Positions 10,448 through 22,090 are shown, numbered from the stretch's first letter. The stretch is DNA of 60,296 nucleotides from Alphaproteobacteria bacterium (GCA_029936295.1 JAPYTH010000001.1:44274-104569), one strand, 5' to 3'. Notes: generated by a model not told the origin, from the letters alone. A program made the numbers and translations.

Positions 10448-10840
10448 ATGAATAAAAAATATAATTTTCTCATATTTCAAATAATATTTTTCATCTTTTT
10501 AAAAACCACAATTGCATATTCATTAGAAGAAGGTATCTTATTTTGTAAAGGCGTTTATTGGTCAAATAATAAAGTAGAATATTCAGAATGGCATATTATT
10601 AAGGGCACACCAAAATATAAGATTAATTTTATAATTAACAATTTGATAAAAAAAGCAAAATTTTCCATACGAAAAGGAAACGGTGGAACTGTTATTGGAA
10701 CAGGTGGGTGGGATAAAAAAACAGGAGAAAAAAGTTCGTTAACTATTTCTTATTCATTAACTAATAAAATATTTAAAATGCAAAGTCGTTATTCAGACAC
10801 AAGAGTAGAAGGAATATGCATAGGGAAAATAAATTTATGA
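10448..10840 (+). CDS. Hypothetical small exported protein (orphan)
   Basis: 130 aa with an N-terminal hydrophobic signal-like segment FLIFQIIFFIFLKTTIAYS|LEE and two Cys residues (C33, C124). I recognise no family. Its 3' end overlaps the argJ stop by 6 nt. Confidence 0.45.
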   Translation: MNKKYNFLIFQIIFFIFLKTTIAYSLEEGILFCKGVYWSNNKVEYSEWHIIKGTPKYKINFIINNLIKKAKFSIRKGNGGTVIGTGGWDKKTGEKSSLTISYSLTNKIFKMQSRYSDTRVEGICIGKINL

Positions 10841-12064
10841 TCTATAATCTGCATTGATTTTAATATAATCTTTAGTTAAATCACAAGTCCATATTGTAGA
10901 CTTTTCTTTACCCATGCCCATATCTATATCAATAACTATATTGTTGTCTTTCATTTTTTTTGCAAGTACTTCTTCTTTATAAGCACTATGAAGAACTCCT
11001 TGATTTGTAATTTTTACTTTATTAATAGATATAGATATTTTATTTTGTATCAAAGGGCTTCCAGATTTTCCTATAGCCATTATTATTCTGCCCCAATTAG
11101 GATCTTCCCCCGCTATTGCTGTCTTGACCAAAGAAGAATTAGCTATTGCAAGACCAATATTTCTTGCCACTTTTTGAGATTTAACTGAATTAATATTTAT
11201 AGTTATAAACTTACTAGCACCTTCACCGTCACATACGATTTGCTGAGCTAAACTTTGCAATACTTTATCTAACGCTATCCTAAAAGAACTTAACCTTTTA
11301 TCTCCAATAAGTTTGATACTTTTAGTTAAAGATATCGAAGGAGTAGAAAATAAAAGACAGGTGTCAGAAGTTGAAGTGTCTCCATCAACAGTTATTGAAT
11401 TAAAAGATTTTTCTACGGCCTCTTTTAATAAAATATTAAGAATTTTAACTGGCAAAGGCAAATCTGTAAAAACAAAGCCGAGCATTGTTCCCATATTTGG
11501 AAATATCATTCCTGAACCTTTTGCAATTCCTACTACACTAAATTTTTTTTCTTCAACCTTACATATAGATTTTGCCCCTTTAACAAAAGTGTCAGTTGTA
11601 CATATAGATTCTGCTACTTCTTTCCAAGAAGACTCTTTCTGTTTAATTAATTTGGGAATGGCAGCAGTTATAATATTAGAATTTAAAAATTCTCCAATAA
11701 CACCAGTAGAACACACATATACTTCCTTTTTTTTACATCCTGTGTGATTTGCAATTGAGTTAACGGTATTTTTTACTGTTTCTATACCTTGATCTCCCGT
11801 ATGGGCATTAGCATTACCAGAATTGACTATTAAAGCTCTAGCTTTTCCATTATTTTTTATTTTTTTACACCATATTACAGGCGCAGAAGGGGTTCGAGAT
11901 CTTGTAACAACACATGCTACATTCGTTTCTTTAGTCATAGAAATCAAACTTAAATCAAGCTTATTCTTATATCTAATTCCAGAATGAATAGATGCAAGTC
12001 TAATACCTTTAATTTTAGGTAAATTTGGAAATAACTTTGGAGCTAAAGGAGATCTTTTTAACAT
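10835..12064 (-). CDS. argJ: Bifunctional ornithine acetyltransferase / N-acetylglutamate synthase
   Basis: TTDTFVKGA, the self-cleavage region GMIFPNMGTMLGFVFTD, and C-terminal DLTKDYIKINADYRS. Confidence 0.95.
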   Translation of the reverse strand: MLKRSPLAPKLFPNLPKIKGIRLASIHSGIRYKNKLDLSLISMTKETNVACVVTRSRTPSAPVIWCKKIKNNGKARALIVNSGNANAHTGDQGIETVKNTVNSIANHTGCKKKEVYVCSTGVIGEFLNSNIITAAIPKLIKQKESSWKEVAESICTTDTFVKGAKSICKVEEKKFSVVGIAKGSGMIFPNMGTMLGFVFTDLPLPVKILNILLKEAVEKSFNSITVDGDTSTSDTCLLFSTPSISLTKSIKLIGDKRLSSFRIALDKVLQSLAQQIVCDGEGASKFITININSVKSQKVARNIGLAIANSSLVKTAIAGEDPNWGRIIMAIGKSGSPLIQNKISISINKVKITNQGVLHSAYKEEVLAKKMKDNNIVIDIDMGMGKEKSTIWTCDLTKDYIKINADYRS

Positions 12065-12200
12065 CTTTGGTAAATCTACTATCTTTCTTTTAATTAATTT
12101 ATAGTATAAAATAAGTAATTAATTTATAAACTAATGACAAATAAAAATGCACTAAAATTTAAAATAAATTTGAATTAATTATAAATATAGGAAGCTTTAT

Positions 12201-14795
12201 ATGCTAAATAACATAGCAAGAAAAATTTTTAGTACACCTAATGATAGATATTTAAAAAAAATAAATTTATTATTAGAGCAAGTAAATAAACTTGAATTGC
12301 AAATTGAAAAACTGACGGATGAAGAACTAAAAAATACTACTCTAAAACTTAAAGAATTATATTCTTCCCATAATAATTTAGATCAATTGTTACCAAAAGC
12401 CTTTGCTACCGTCAGAGAAGCAGCTAAAAGAGTTTTAGGTCAAAGGCATTATGATGTTCAGATAATTGGAGGCATAGTATTACATCAAGGAAAAATATCT
12501 GAGATGAAAACTGGAGAAGGAAAGACTTTAGTTGCCACTTTGCCTGCATACCTTAATGCAATTAAAGGACATGGTGTTCATATTGTGACAGTAAATGATT
12601 ATCTAGCCAGCAGAGATAGCGAGTGGATGGGAAAAATTTATCAATTTTTAGGGTTATCCGTAGGATGTATTATTCCCGACCTTGAAGATGAAAAACGAAA
12701 AAAAGCTTATAACTGTGATATTACATATGCCACAAACAATGAATTAGGCTTTGATTTTTTAAGAGATAATATGAAATTCTCATTTGAACAAATGGTGCAA
12801 CGCCCATCTAGTTATGCGATAGTCGATGAAGTTGATTCTATTTTAATTGATGAGGCAAGAACTCCTCTTATTATTTCTGGCCCTACTGAAGATAATTCAG
12901 AGCTATATAAAAAAATAAATACCATAATACCTTTATTAAAAGAAGAAGATATTGAAATTGATGAAAAAACGAAAAGTGTAGTGCTTACTGAAAAAGGAAA
13001 TGAAAATATAGAGAAAATATTAAAAGACAAATTATTTTTAAAAGGAGAAAATTTATATGACCCAGAAAATATAGGTATGGTTCATCATATAAACCAAGCT
13101 GTTAGAGCTAATAAATTATTTGAAAAAGATAAGGACTATATTGTTAGCAATAATAAAGTAGTAATTATTGATGAATTCACAGGACGAATGATGGAAGGGA
13201 GAAGATACTCAGATGGTCTTCATCAGGCATTAGAAGCGAAAGAAAACGTTTCTATAAAAAATGAGAATCAAACTTTAGCATCCGTTACATTTCAAAATTA
13301 TTTTAGAATGTATCCTAAATTAGCTGGCATGACCGGAACTGCGTTAACTGAAGCTAATGAATTTATGGAGATATATAATCTAGAAGTTATATCAGTTCCT
13401 ACGGACAAAAATATGATAAGAATTGATAAAAATGATGAGGTTTATAGAACAGCTGAAGAAAAATGGGAAGCTGTTATAGAAAATATTAAGACGGCGAATG
13501 CTAAAAAACAGCCTGTATTAGTTGGTACCACTAGTATAGAAAAATCTGAAATGTTATCAAACTTATTAAAGAAACAAAAAATTAAACATAACGTTTTAAA
13601 TGCAAGAAATCACGCAGAAGAGGCTAATATTATCGCCTTAGCAGGAGTTACAAGTGCTGTAACTATAGCAACAAATATGGCTGGAAGAGGAACAGATATT
13701 CAACTGGGCGGTAACAAAGATGTTATAGCTTTAATTAATCCTAGTAAATTAGATAAAATTCCAGAAAATAAAAAATTAGCCTTAGAAGCTGGTGGTTTAT
13801 TAGTAATTGGTACAGAAAGACATGAAAGTAGGAGAACTGATAATCAATTAAGAGGAAGATCAGGAAGACAAGGAGACCCAGGAGAATCTAAATTTTTTCT
13901 CTCACTTGAAGATGATTTGATGCGAATATTTGGGTCAGAAAAATTAGACACTGTATTACTTAAATTAGGTCTAAAAAAAGGAGAAGCTATTATTCACAAT
14001 TGGGTTAATAGAGCAATTCAAAAAGCACAAGAAAAAGTGGAAGGAAGAAACTTTGAAATTAGAAAAAATCTTCTACGTTTTGATGATGTAATGAACGACC
14101 AAAGAAAAGCAATATATGAACAAAGAAAAGAATTAATGCAAGTCGAAAACATTTCTGAAACTTTGGAAAGTATGAGAAACGAAATTATTGATGATTTAGT
14201 AAACATAAGCATCCCGGAAAAAGCCTATACCGAGCAATGGGATTTAATCAGCTTAAATAATTCACTAAAAAAATATGGATTAGACCTTCCACTTAGTGAA
14301 TGGGCTAAAAAAGATGGTGTTTCAGAAATAGAATTTAAGAATCTTATAAAAAAAGAAGCTGAAACTAAAATATCTAAAAAAATGGATGTATTTGGAATAC
14401 AAAATATGCAAACCATTGAAAAGCAAATTATGCTTCAAGTGGTTGACCAAAACTGGAAAGAACATTTATTACAGTTAGATCATTTAAGACAAGGAATTGG
14501 CTTAAGAGCTTACGCTCAGAGAGATCCACTTAATGAGTATAAAAGTGAAGCCTTTAATTTATTTCAAGAAATGCTAGAAAGCATAAGAAATCAAGTTACT
14601 ACTATCTTACTTAACATAGAAATTTCTTCAGAAATTCCTGAAAGAAAAGAAGAAAATATAACACTAATTAAAGAACCAATAGATAACAATAATAAAAAGA
14701 CAAATACACCAATTATATCTAAAAAAATTGGCAGGAATGAAACGTGTCCATGTGGGTCAGGAAAAAAATATAAACATTGTCATGGCAACAGCTAA
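12201..14795 (+). CDS. secA: Preprotein translocase ATPase SecA
   Basis: [49 protein letters not shown], and a C-terminal zinc finger [14 protein letters not shown]. Confidence 0.98.
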   Translation: MLNNIARKIFSTPNDRYLKKINLLLEQVNKLELQIEKLTDEELKNTTLKLKELYSSHNNLDQLLPKAFATVREAAKRVLGQRHYDVQIIGGIVLHQGKISEMKTGEGKTLVATLPAYLNAIKGHGVHIVTVNDYLASRDSEWMGKIYQFLGLSVGCIIPDLEDEKRKKAYNCDITYATNNELGFDFLRDNMKFSFEQMVQRPSSYAIVDEVDSILIDEARTPLIISGPTEDNSELYKKINTIIPLLKEEDIEIDEKTKSVVLTEKGNENIEKILKDKLFLKGENLYDPENIGMVHHINQAVRANKLFEKDKDYIVSNNKVVIIDEFTGRMMEGRRYSDGLHQALEAKENVSIKNENQTLASVTFQNYFRMYPKLAGMTGTALTEANEFMEIYNLEVISVPTDKNMIRIDKNDEVYRTAEEKWEAVIENIKTANAKKQPVLVGTTSIEKSEMLSNLLKKQKIKHNVLNARNHAEEANIIALAGVTSAVTIATNMAGRGTDIQLGGNKDVIALINPSKLDKIPENKKLALEAGGLLVIGTERHESRRTDNQLRGRSGRQGDPGESKFFLSLEDDLMRIFGSEKLDTVLLKLGLKKGEAIIHNWVNRAIQKAQEKVEGRNFEIRKNLLRFDDVMNDQRKAIYEQRKELMQVENISETLESMRNEIIDDLVNISIPEKAYTEQWDLISLNNSLKKYGLDLPLSEWAKKDGVSEIEFKNLIKKEAETKISKKMDVFGIQNMQTIEKQIMLQVVDQNWKEHLLQLDHLRQGIGLRAYAQRDPLNEYKSEAFNLFQEMLESIRNQVTTILLNIEISSEIPERKEENITLIKEPIDNNNKKTNTPIISKKIGRNETCPCGSGKKYKHCHGNS

Positions 14796-14803
14796 ATTCA
14801 TCA

Positions 14804-15529
14804 TTATTTTTTAAATGTTACAATATAATTAATAGAGGTGTTATAAGATAACCTCCAACTTCTAATTGGATCCCATACCATTCCTCTTAAATCATACATA
14901 TTTAGACCTGTGCTTTTAAAATAATTTTTAATTTCAATTGGTCTAATAAATTTTTTATAGTTATGAGTTCCCGATGGTATTATTTTTAAAATATCTTCAG
15001 CAAACTTAATAACTATCATTTTTGATAATATGCTTCTGTTTATTGTTGATATTATAATTATGCCATTTGGCTTAATAAGTTTAGATAACACTTCACAAAA
15101 ATATGATACATTTTTTACATGTTCTAATAATTCTAATGCCAAAACAACATCATATTTTTTTTTATTTTTCAAAATTTCTTCAATATTAGAATGTTTATAT
15201 TTAATATCTAAGCGCATTGCTTTAGCGTGAATTTTAGCTATATTTATCAGTTTTTTAGATTCATCAATAGAGGTAAGTTTAGCACCCATTCTTGACAAAG
15301 GTTCACTAGCTATACCTCCTCCACAGCCTATATCTAAAATTTTGAGATCTTCTAAGACATGCTTTTTTTTAGCTATTTTAAAATTTTTAATTACCGAATC
15401 TTTAATATATCTTGTTCTTGTCTCTGACATAGAATGTAAAAAAGACATACTTCCTTCTTCATTCCACCAATCATCGGCTAATTTAGAAAATTGTATAATT
15501 TCATCTTTATCAAGAGTGTCTATTGACAT
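14804..15529 (-). CDS. ubiG: Ubiquinone biosynthesis O-methyltransferase
   Basis: F..LADDWWNEEG....LH..........YI plus motif I ILDIGCGGGIASEPLSRMGAKLTSID. It is divergent from lysC. Confidence 0.9.
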   Translation of the reverse strand: MSIDTLDKDEIIQFSKLADDWWNEEGSMSFLHSMSETRTRYIKDSVIKNFKIAKKKHVLEDLKILDIGCGGGIASEPLSRMGAKLTSIDESKKLINIAKIHAKAMRLDIKYKHSNIEEILKNKKKYDVVLALELLEHVKNVSYFCEVLSKLIKPNGIIIISTINRSILSKMIVIKFAEDILKIIPSGTHNYKKFIRPIEIKNYFKSTGLNMYDLRGMVWDPIRSWRLSYNTSINYIVTFKK

Positions 15530-15664
15530 AATATATTAATATCTTTTATTTAATTTTTTTTAAAAACTATATTGCACCTTTTAATAAGTCAAAGTATGAA
15601 TAAGTTTAATATAGATTTTAAAACAGATTAAACAATATAATATATTACTTTAGGGTAAAAATTT

Positions 15665-16885
15665 ATGCAAAGAATTGTCCAAAAATTTGGTGGAACATCA
15701 GTCGGAAGCATTAATAAAATTAAAAATGCATGTGCCTTGATTGAAAAAGAGTTTAATAAAGGAAATCAAGTTGTAGTAGTTTCTTCTGCTATGTCAGGAG
15801 AAACAAATAAATTAGTAGCTTTAGCTGAAAATTTTGATGTTTCTCTTAATAAAAGAGAATATGATATGATTGTTTCAACTGGCGAACAAGTATCCATAGC
15901 ATTAATCTCTATGGCTTTAAAAGACATAGGAATTACAGCTAGACCTTTGCTTGGATGGCAAGTACCTATAATATGCAGTAATGATTATACTAAAGCTAAA
16001 ATAAATAAAATTGATAGTAAATTAATATTGAAAATTATTAAAAATAGAGAAATACCTATAATTGCTGGATTTCAAGGTGTTGATGAGAATAATAATATTG
16101 TTACATTAGGTAGAGGCGGTTCTGATACATCGGCAGTGGCAATTGCAGCTTCCATATCTGCTGATAGATGTGATATTTATACTGATGTGGATGGTGTATA
16201 TACTTGTGACCCTAGAATGGTATCAAAAGCTAAAAAACTAGAAAAAATTAGCTATGAAGAAATGTTAGAATTTGCTTCGCTAGGTGCTAAAGTATTACAA
16301 ACTCGTTCTATAGAAATGGCAATGAGACATAATGTAATAATTCAAGTATTATCAAGTCAAACAGGTGCAAAAGGAACATTTTTAACTAAAGAGGATAAAA
16401 AAATGGAAAATGAGTTAGTCAGCGGTATTGCTTATACCAAGGATGAGGCTAATATTACACTTATTAATATATTAGATAAGCCAGGTGTAGCAGCTAAAAT
16501 ATTTACTCCACTTAGTAAAAACAATATTAATGTAGATATGATTGTACAAACTGGCTCAGAAAATGGAAAAAATATAAATTTTACATATACGGTTACTAGA
16601 AAAGATTTGAATCAGGCTATTTTAATTATGGAAAAAAATAAAAAGAATATTAAATTTGAAAAAATAATTACTAATAATTCCCTTGCTAAGATATCTATCA
16701 TAGGACTAGGGATGCGAACTCACACAGGTGTGGCTAATAAAATGTTTTCTGCTTTAGCTTCAGAAAATATAAATATTCATGTCATTTCTACATCAGAAAT
16801 TAAAATCAGCGTACTAATAAATGAAGAACTTATTAAAAAAGCATTAAAAATACTTCATACCACATTTAGACTAGATAGTGATTAA
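15665..16885 (+). CDS. lysC: Aspartate kinase
   Basis: VQKFGGTSVG, VVVVSAMSGETN, TLGRGGSDTSAVA, DIYTDVDGVYTCDPR, and C-terminal ACT repeats. Confidence 0.95.
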   Translation: MQRIVQKFGGTSVGSINKIKNACALIEKEFNKGNQVVVVSSAMSGETNKLVALAENFDVSLNKREYDMIVSTGEQVSIALISMALKDIGITARPLLGWQVPIICSNDYTKAKINKIDSKLILKIIKNREIPIIAGFQGVDENNNIVTLGRGGSDTSAVAIAASISADRCDIYTDVDGVYTCDPRMVSKAKKLEKISYEEMLEFASLGAKVLQTRSIEMAMRHNVIIQVLSSQTGAKGTFLTKEDKKMENELVSGIAYTKDEANITLINILDKPGVAAKIFTPLSKNNINVDMIVQTGSENGKNINFTYTVTRKDLNQAILIMEKNKKNIKFEKIITNNSLAKISIIGLGMRTHTGVANKMFSALASENINIHVISTSEIKISVLINEELIKKALKILHTTFRLDSD

Positions 16886-16914
16886 TATAATATTCAACTA
16901 TAAAAGGTAAAAAT

Positions 16915-17772
16915 TTGAGCAACAACATACAATTAATAGAAAATATTAATTTAGATGAATTCAAAAATAATTTAAAATTTGCTAGAGAAGATAAGGGTAT
17001 TACTATTGAACAGGCTTCTAAGATTCTTAACATCCATATAAATGTACTTGAAAATATTGAAAACGGAGAATTTGATAAGCTATCAAATGATGTTTTTACT
17101 ATGGGTCATATCAAAACTTATTTAAATTGGCTTGGGATAGACCCTAAGCTAATCACTACTGAACTTAAAAAATCTAACAACATTAATTTAAATAAAAAAA
17201 AATATAAAGTAATTTTACCTAATAATTTAAAAATTTCTAAGTTTTATATTTCTTTAATATCTCTAGTTTCTTTTTTTTTAATAATAATTATTTATAAAAA
17301 TATAAATACTATAGAGTCAAAGACATACATCACTATTGATACAAAAAAAATTAAAGATGAAGTTTTAATTGATAAAATAGAAACTAAAGATAAAATTAAA
17401 ACTGCAGAATTTGATAAAAAATCCGAAGCCATAAATGCACCTGACTCATTATTAGATAAAGAAATTGAAATAGAAGATATATCTCTCAACCTAAAAGAAA
17501 AAAGTATTAGCTTTATTTATATAAAAGCAATTTCAGAAAGCTGGGTAGAAATACAAAGATATAACACAGAGATATTTGTTAGTAAGGTTCTTAAAAAAGG
17601 GGAAGAGCTTAAATTACCTTATGAAAAAGATTTAATATTAGTAACTGGAAATGCAGGCGGTATTATAATACATATAAATGATAAAATAATAAATAATATT
17701 GGCTTGGTTGGCGAAGTTAAAAGAAATATATCTTTAAATTATGACGATTTAATTAAATTTTTAAGTGAATAA
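16915..17772 (+). CDS. RodZ-like protein (N-terminal HTH, one TM segment, C-terminal DUF4115-like domain)
   Basis: TTG start. The HTH is GITIEQASKILNIHINVLENIENGEF, the TM segment is FYISLISLVSFFLIIIIY, and the C-terminus is WVEIQ......VSKVLKKGEELKLP......LVTGNAGGIIIHIND. It lies directly upstream of ispG, as rodZ does in E. coli. Confidence 0.65.
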   Translation: MSNNIQLIENINLDEFKNNLKFAREDKGITIEQASKILNIHINVLENIENGEFDKLSNDVFTMGHIKTYLNWLGIDPKLITTELKKSNNINLNKKKYKVILPNNLKISKFYISLISLVSFFLIIIIYKNINTIESKTYITIDTKKIKDEVLIDKIETKDKIKTAEFDKKSEAINAPDSLLDKEIEIEDISLNLKEKSISFIYIKAISESWVEIQRYNTEIFVSKVLKKGEELKLPYEKDLILVTGNAGGIIIHINDKIINNIGLVGEVKRNISLNYDDLIKFLSE

Positions 17773-17784
17773 AAGGTTATAACT

Positions 17785-18879
17785 TTGAATATACGCTCTT
17801 ATAGAAATATTAATAGAAGAAAAACAAAAACAATAATGGTGGGGAAAGTGCCAGTTGGAGGAGATAGCCCTATAAGTGTACAATCTATGACTAATACACT
17901 TACTACAGATATAAATGGAACAATTCACCAAATAAATAAAATTGCAGAGGCTGGAGCAGATATTGTAAGAGTATCTTGCCCAGATAAAGAATCTACACAG
18001 GCTTTAAGGAGTATAATAAAAAATGTTTCTATTCCAGTTATCGCAGACATCCATTTTCATTATAAAAGAGCAATAGAAGCAGCTGAAGCAGGTGCAGCAT
18101 GTCTTAGAATAAACCCTGGTAATATTGGCTCAAATGAAAGAATAAATTCAGTTATTCAAGCAGCAAAAGACAATAACTGTTCAATAAGAATAGGAGTAAA
18201 TGGAGGATCATTAGAAAAAAAAATATTGGAAAAATATAAATCTCCATGCCCAGAAGCATTAGTAGAAAGTGCGCTAAAGAATATAAGAATTCTAGAAGAC
18301 GGTAATTTTACTAATTTTAAAATTAGTGTTAAAGCTTCTGATGTATTTCTTGCTGTATTATCATACGAACAATTATCTAAAATATCTGATTATCCTCTTC
18401 ATATTGGAATTACTGAAGCTGGAAGTTTAAATTATGGAACTATTCAATCATCTATTGGTCTAGGAAGACTCCTTTGGTCCGGAATAGGTGATACAATCAG
18501 GGTGTCCTTGTCTGCGGATCCTATAGAAGAAGTTAAGGCAGGATTTCAAATACTTAAATCCTTAGGAATAAGAAATAAAGGAGTAACAATTATTTCTTGT
18601 CCTTCTTGTGCAAGACAAAACTTTGACGTTATTAATACCGTAAAAATCATAGAAGAAAAACTTTCTCATATTAAGGAAACAGTCTCTTTATCTATTATTG
18701 GGTGCGTAGTAAATGGTCCGGGAGAAGCAAAGGAAACCAATATAGGCGTAACTGGTGGAGGTAAGGATTTTCACCAAATTTATATAGATGGTAGTATTAG
18801 CCATAGAATGGAACAAAAAGATTTTATTAACCATGTAGTAGATTTAGTAGAAGACTATGCAGCAAAAGTGAGAATATAA
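17785..18879 (+). CDS. ispG: 4-hydroxy-3-methylbut-2-enyl diphosphate synthase
   Basis: TTG start. [42 protein letters not shown] and GCVVNGPGE. Confidence 0.95.
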   Translation: MNIRSYRNINRRKTKTIMVGKVPVGGDSPISVQSMTNTLTTDINGTIHQINKIAEAGADIVRVSCPDKESTQALRSIIKNVSIPVIADIHFHYKRAIEAAEAGAACLRINPGNIGSNERINSVIQAAKDNNCSIRIGVNGGSLEKKILEKYKSPCPEALVESALKNIRILEDGNFTNFKISVKASDVFLAVLSYEQLSKISDYPLHIGITEAGSLNYGTIQSSIGLGRLLWSGIGDTIRVSLSADPIEEVKAGFQILKSLGIRNKGVTIISCPSCARQNFDVINTVKIIEEKLSHIKETVSLSIIGCVVNGPGEAKETNIGVTGGGKDFHQIYIDGSISHRMEQKDFINHVVDLVEDYAAKVRI

Positions 18880-20130
18880 ATGAATAGTAAATTACAATCT
18901 GTTAGAGGTACTCATGATCACCTTCCAGAAGCAATGTATAAATATAATAATATTATTACTAGAGCAGAAAATATTACTTCTCTATACGGTTTTAAGCCTA
19001 TGGCAACTCCAATTTTTGAATTTTCAAATGTATTTAAAAAAACACTAGGGGAAAATTCTGATATTGTTACTAAAGAGATGTATACTTTTATCGATAAAGG
19101 TAATGAAGAAATAACATTACGACCAGAAGGCACTGCAGGAATAGTAAGAGCTATAATATCTAATAGTTTATCACAAGAAATGCCATTTAAAGCATTTTAT
19201 CATGGCCCTATGTTTCGTTATGAAAGACCACAAAAAGGAAGATTAAGACAATTTCATCAAATAGGTATCGAGTTGTTGGGAACTGATAGTCAGCAAGCAG
19301 ATATTGAAGTAATTGCATGTGCAAGTAAATTATTAAAAGAATTAAATATTGATAAATCGTCGACCTTACATATTAATAGCCTAGGTAATATTACGGAGCG
19401 AAAAAAATATATTGATGAACTAATTAAATATTTAAATGATTTCAAAAACAAATTATCTATAGATAGCAAAAAAAGATTTGAAAAAAACCCTCTAAGAATT
19501 TTGGATTCAAAATCTGAAGAAGATATAGAAATTATAAAGAATGCTCCAAAACTTATTAATTATTTAGATAAAGAATCTAAAAATAGTTTTAAGAAAGTTT
19601 TGGATGGATTAACGAATTTAAATATTGCTTATAAAATTAATCATAAATTAGTAAGGGGGTTAGATTATTATAATAATACCACCTTTGAGTTTATTACAGA
19701 TAAATTAGGTTCACAAAGTGCTATTATTGCAGGTGGCAGATATGATAATTTAATGAAACAAATGGGTGGTCCTGATATACCTGGAATAGGATGGGCAGCA
19801 GGTATTGAAAGGCTTGCTTTACTATCAAATATTAAAATAACTACGAAAAACAATATTTCTATTATTCCTGTAGGAGAAGAAAATAATGCTTTATGCTTTA
19901 ATCTAGCTGAAGAATTAAGAAATAAAAATATTTCCATATCTATGGGCTATAGTGGAAATTTAAAAAAAAGGCTTAAACAAGCTAATAAAATAACTTCAAA
20001 TTATGCTGTAATTATTGGAGATGATGAGGTTAAAAATAATCATGCTATTATTCGTAATTTAGAAACTGGTCTTCAGCAAAACATACCACTTAATAACTTA
20101 GTAAAACATATAGAAAAAATATTGCTTTAA
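18880..20130 (+). CDS. hisS: Histidine--tRNA ligase
   Basis: G..D.LP, LRPEGTAGIVRA, FRYERPQKGRLRQFHQ and AGGRYDNL. The ATG directly follows the ispG stop. Confidence 0.95.
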   Translation: MNSKLQSVRGTHDHLPEAMYKYNNIITRAENITSLYGFKPMATPIFEFSNVFKKTLGENSDIVTKEMYTFIDKGNEEITLRPEGTAGIVRAIISNSLSQEMPFKAFYHGPMFRYERPQKGRLRQFHQIGIELLGTDSQQADIEVIACASKLLKELNIDKSSTLHINSLGNITERKKYIDELIKYLNDFKNKLSIDSKKRFEKNPLRILDSKSEEDIEIIKNAPKLINYLDKESKNSFKKVLDGLTNLNIAYKINHKLVRGLDYYNNTTFEFITDKLGSQSAIIAGGRYDNLMKQMGGPDIPGIGWAAGIERLALLSNIKITTKNNISIIPVGEENNALCFNLAEELRNKNISISMGYSGNLKKRLKQANKITSNYAVIIGDDEVKNNHAIIRNLETGLQQNIPLNNLVKHIEKILL

Positions 20131-20131
20131 T

Positions 20132-21214
20132 ATGATACCGGTTTTAAAAAATAGACTTGAAGAAATAATTAATAAATATTCTGAGATTGAGTCAAAATTA
20201 TTAGATAATGATATGAATATGGATATTAGATTAAATCTATCTAAAGAACACTCTGACCTGGTTCCAATTGTACTTGCTATTAATGAACTAAAGTCTTGTG
20301 AAGAAGAAATTGATGGAGTACGAGAAATACTTAATGATAAAGATACAGATTCATCTCTAAGGGAAGAAGCACTTAAAGAACTTGATAATCTTAAAAAATC
20401 TTTAGAAAGTTTTACCGAAAAAACACAAAAACTACTTATTCCTAAAGATCCAGATGATAATAGAAACGCTATAATTGAAATTAGAGCTGGGACAGGAGGC
20501 GATGAAGCAGCTCTTTTTGGAAGCAACTTATTAAAAATGTATTTAAGATATGCAGAATTACAAAAATGGAAAATTGAAATTTTATCATTATCAGAAAATG
20601 ATATTGGGGGTTGTAAAGAAGCTTCTGCAAAAATTACGGGTAATAATGTTTTCGGAAGATTAAAATTTGAAAGTGGTGTTCATAGAGTACAAAGAATTCC
20701 TACAACAGAAACTCAAGGAAGAATTCATACCTCAGCCGCAACCGTAGCAATCCTTCCTGTAGTTGAAGAAGTAGATATTGCAATAAATAATAGTGACTTA
20801 AGAATTGATACGTATAGGGCACAGGGCGCTGGAGGACAACATGTAAATAAAACTGAAAGTGCTGTAAGAATAACACATATTCCTACCGGAACAGTAACTC
20901 AATGCCAAGATGGAAAATCTCAACATAAAAATAAAGCTAAAGCTTTAGAAATGTTAAGGTCAAAGCTCTATAATAATGAAAAAAAAATTAGAGATTCAGA
21001 AAGAAGCGAGAAAAGAAAATCTTTAGTAGGTTCTGGAGATAGATCAGAAAGAATTAGAACCTATAATTTTCCACAAGACAGAATTACTGATCATAGAATC
21101 CAATTATCTCTAAATAGGATAGATGAAATTCTATCAGGTTCTAGACTTAATGAAATTATAGATGTTTTATTGGCTCAAGAAGAAAGTGATAGACTTGCAC
21201 ATCTTGCTGATTAA
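20132..21214 (+). CDS. prfA: Peptide chain release factor 1
   Basis: AGTGGDEAALF, PTTETQGRIHTSAATVAILP (PxT motif region), and the GGQ motif in RAQGAGGQHVNKTESAVRITHIPTG. Confidence 0.97.
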   Translation: MIPVLKNRLEEIINKYSEIESKLLDNDMNMDIRLNLSKEHSDLVPIVLAINELKSCEEEIDGVREILNDKDTDSSLREEALKELDNLKKSLESFTEKTQKLLIPKDPDDNRNAIIEIRAGTGGDEAALFGSNLLKMYLRYAELQKWKIEILSLSENDIGGCKEASAKITGNNVFGRLKFESGVHRVQRIPTTETQGRIHTSAATVAILPVVEEVDIAINNSDLRIDTYRAQGAGGQHVNKTESAVRITHIPTGTVTQCQDGKSQHKNKAKALEMLRSKLYNNEKKIRDSERSEKRKSLVGSGDRSERIRTYNFPQDRITDHRIQLSLNRIDEILSGSRLNEIIDVLLAQEESDRLAHLAD

Positions 21215-21235
21215 AATTAAAATTATGAATAACTA

Positions 21236-22090
21236 ATGAAAATATCTAGTGCACTAATAGTAGGTAAAAACTTATTAAGAAAAGCAGGTATTCCTCAACC
21301 TCTAAGAGAATCAAAATTAATAATTTGTTATGCCCTAAGTATTAACATAGAAAATTCTTTGTTAGATATTGAAAAAAACCTTAATAAGCTTCAAATAAAA
21401 AGAGTACTATCCCTTTTTAATCGTCGAGCTCTAGGCGAACCTTTTGCATACTTAACTAAATCAGTATTATTTTTTGGTTTTGATTTTTACATAAATAATA
21501 AAGTTTTAATCCCTAGACCAGAAACAGAAGAATTAGTTGAAATAGTATTAAAAAAAATTTTAAATAAACATAAAAAATATAATATATTAGATATTGGGAC
21601 TGGTTCTGGAGTCATTTTAGCAAGTTTATTAATGCACTTACCTAAATCGTATGGAATAGGAACAGATATTTCTATTAATGCTTTAAAAGTTTCTAAAACT
21701 AATTTAAATAATTTAAAATTAAATGATAGGTCTAGATTAATAAATACTAATTGGTCTGAAGGCATAAAAGATAATAGCTTTGATATAATAGTTTGTAACC
21801 CCCCTTATATTGCAGACCATCATATTAAAAACTTACAGAAAGAAGTAAAAAATTATGAACCATTGATAGCGATCAAAGGCGGAAAAAGTGGTTTAGAATC
21901 ATTAATATCTCTTCTACCTTCAGCAAGAAGAGTAATCAAAAAAAAAGGTTTAATTGCATTTGAAGTAGGTTTTGACCAAGCCACAATAGCTAAAAAAATA
22001 CTAAATAAAAATAAATTTATTGTACAAGAAATAGCAAAGGACTTATCTGGAATAGAAAGAATAGTAATTGTAAAACTAATTGAATCATAA
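21236..22090 (+). CDS. prmC: Release factor glutamine N5-methyltransferase
   Basis: LIPRPETEELV, ILDIGTGSGVI and IVCNPPYI (NPPY). It follows prfA. Confidence 0.9.
   Translation: MKISSALIVGKNLLRKAGIPQPLRESKLIICYALSINIENSLLDIEKNLNKLQIKRVLSLFNRRALGEPFAYLTKSVLFFGFDFYINNKVLIPRPETEELVEIVLKKILNKHKKYNILDIGTGSGVILASLLMHLPKSYGIGTDISINALKVSKTNLNNLKLNDRSRLINTNWSEGIKDNSFDIIVCNPPYIADHHIKNLQKEVKNYEPLIAIKGGKSGLESLISLLPSARRVIKKKGLIAFEVGFDQATIAKKILNKNKFIVQEIAKDLSGIERIVIVKLIES

Noticed and set aside
11313-11747. 144-aa antisense ORF inside argJ
   Set aside because: Same reasoning: it lies within a conserved gene and I recognise no motifs. The other antisense ORFs in the track are treated the same way: 1746-1985, 2259-2522, 3758-4147, 6792-6974, 8846-9073, 10988-11188, 12812-13030, 14018-14416, 15030-15539, 17292-17489, 18918-19133, 19668-19937, 21487-22113, 22327-22512, 24011-24329, 29197-29448, 32057-32353, 37782-37982, 38526-38948, 40240-40512, 42059-42301, 42665-42862, 44305-45051, 47780-47989, 48743-49020, 51855-52079, 54882-55076 and 57076-57285.
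11891-11898. GGTTCGAG, a tRNA T-arm-like motif
   Set aside because: It lies inside the argJ coding sequence. The flanks cannot form acceptor or anticodon stems. I found no tRNA-like structure in any intergenic spacer.
15530-15664. Possible lysine riboswitch or leader upstream of lysC
   Set aside because: The region is 135 nt, AT-rich, and has no evident multi-helix structure. It is too short for an L-box.
20098-20526. 142-aa antisense ORF inside prfA (Ser/Leu/Ile-rich)
   Set aside because: It lies fully within a highly conserved gene on the other strand and encodes low-complexity sequence. The frame stays open because the sense strand here lacks Tyr codons and T-ending codons before His/Gln codons.
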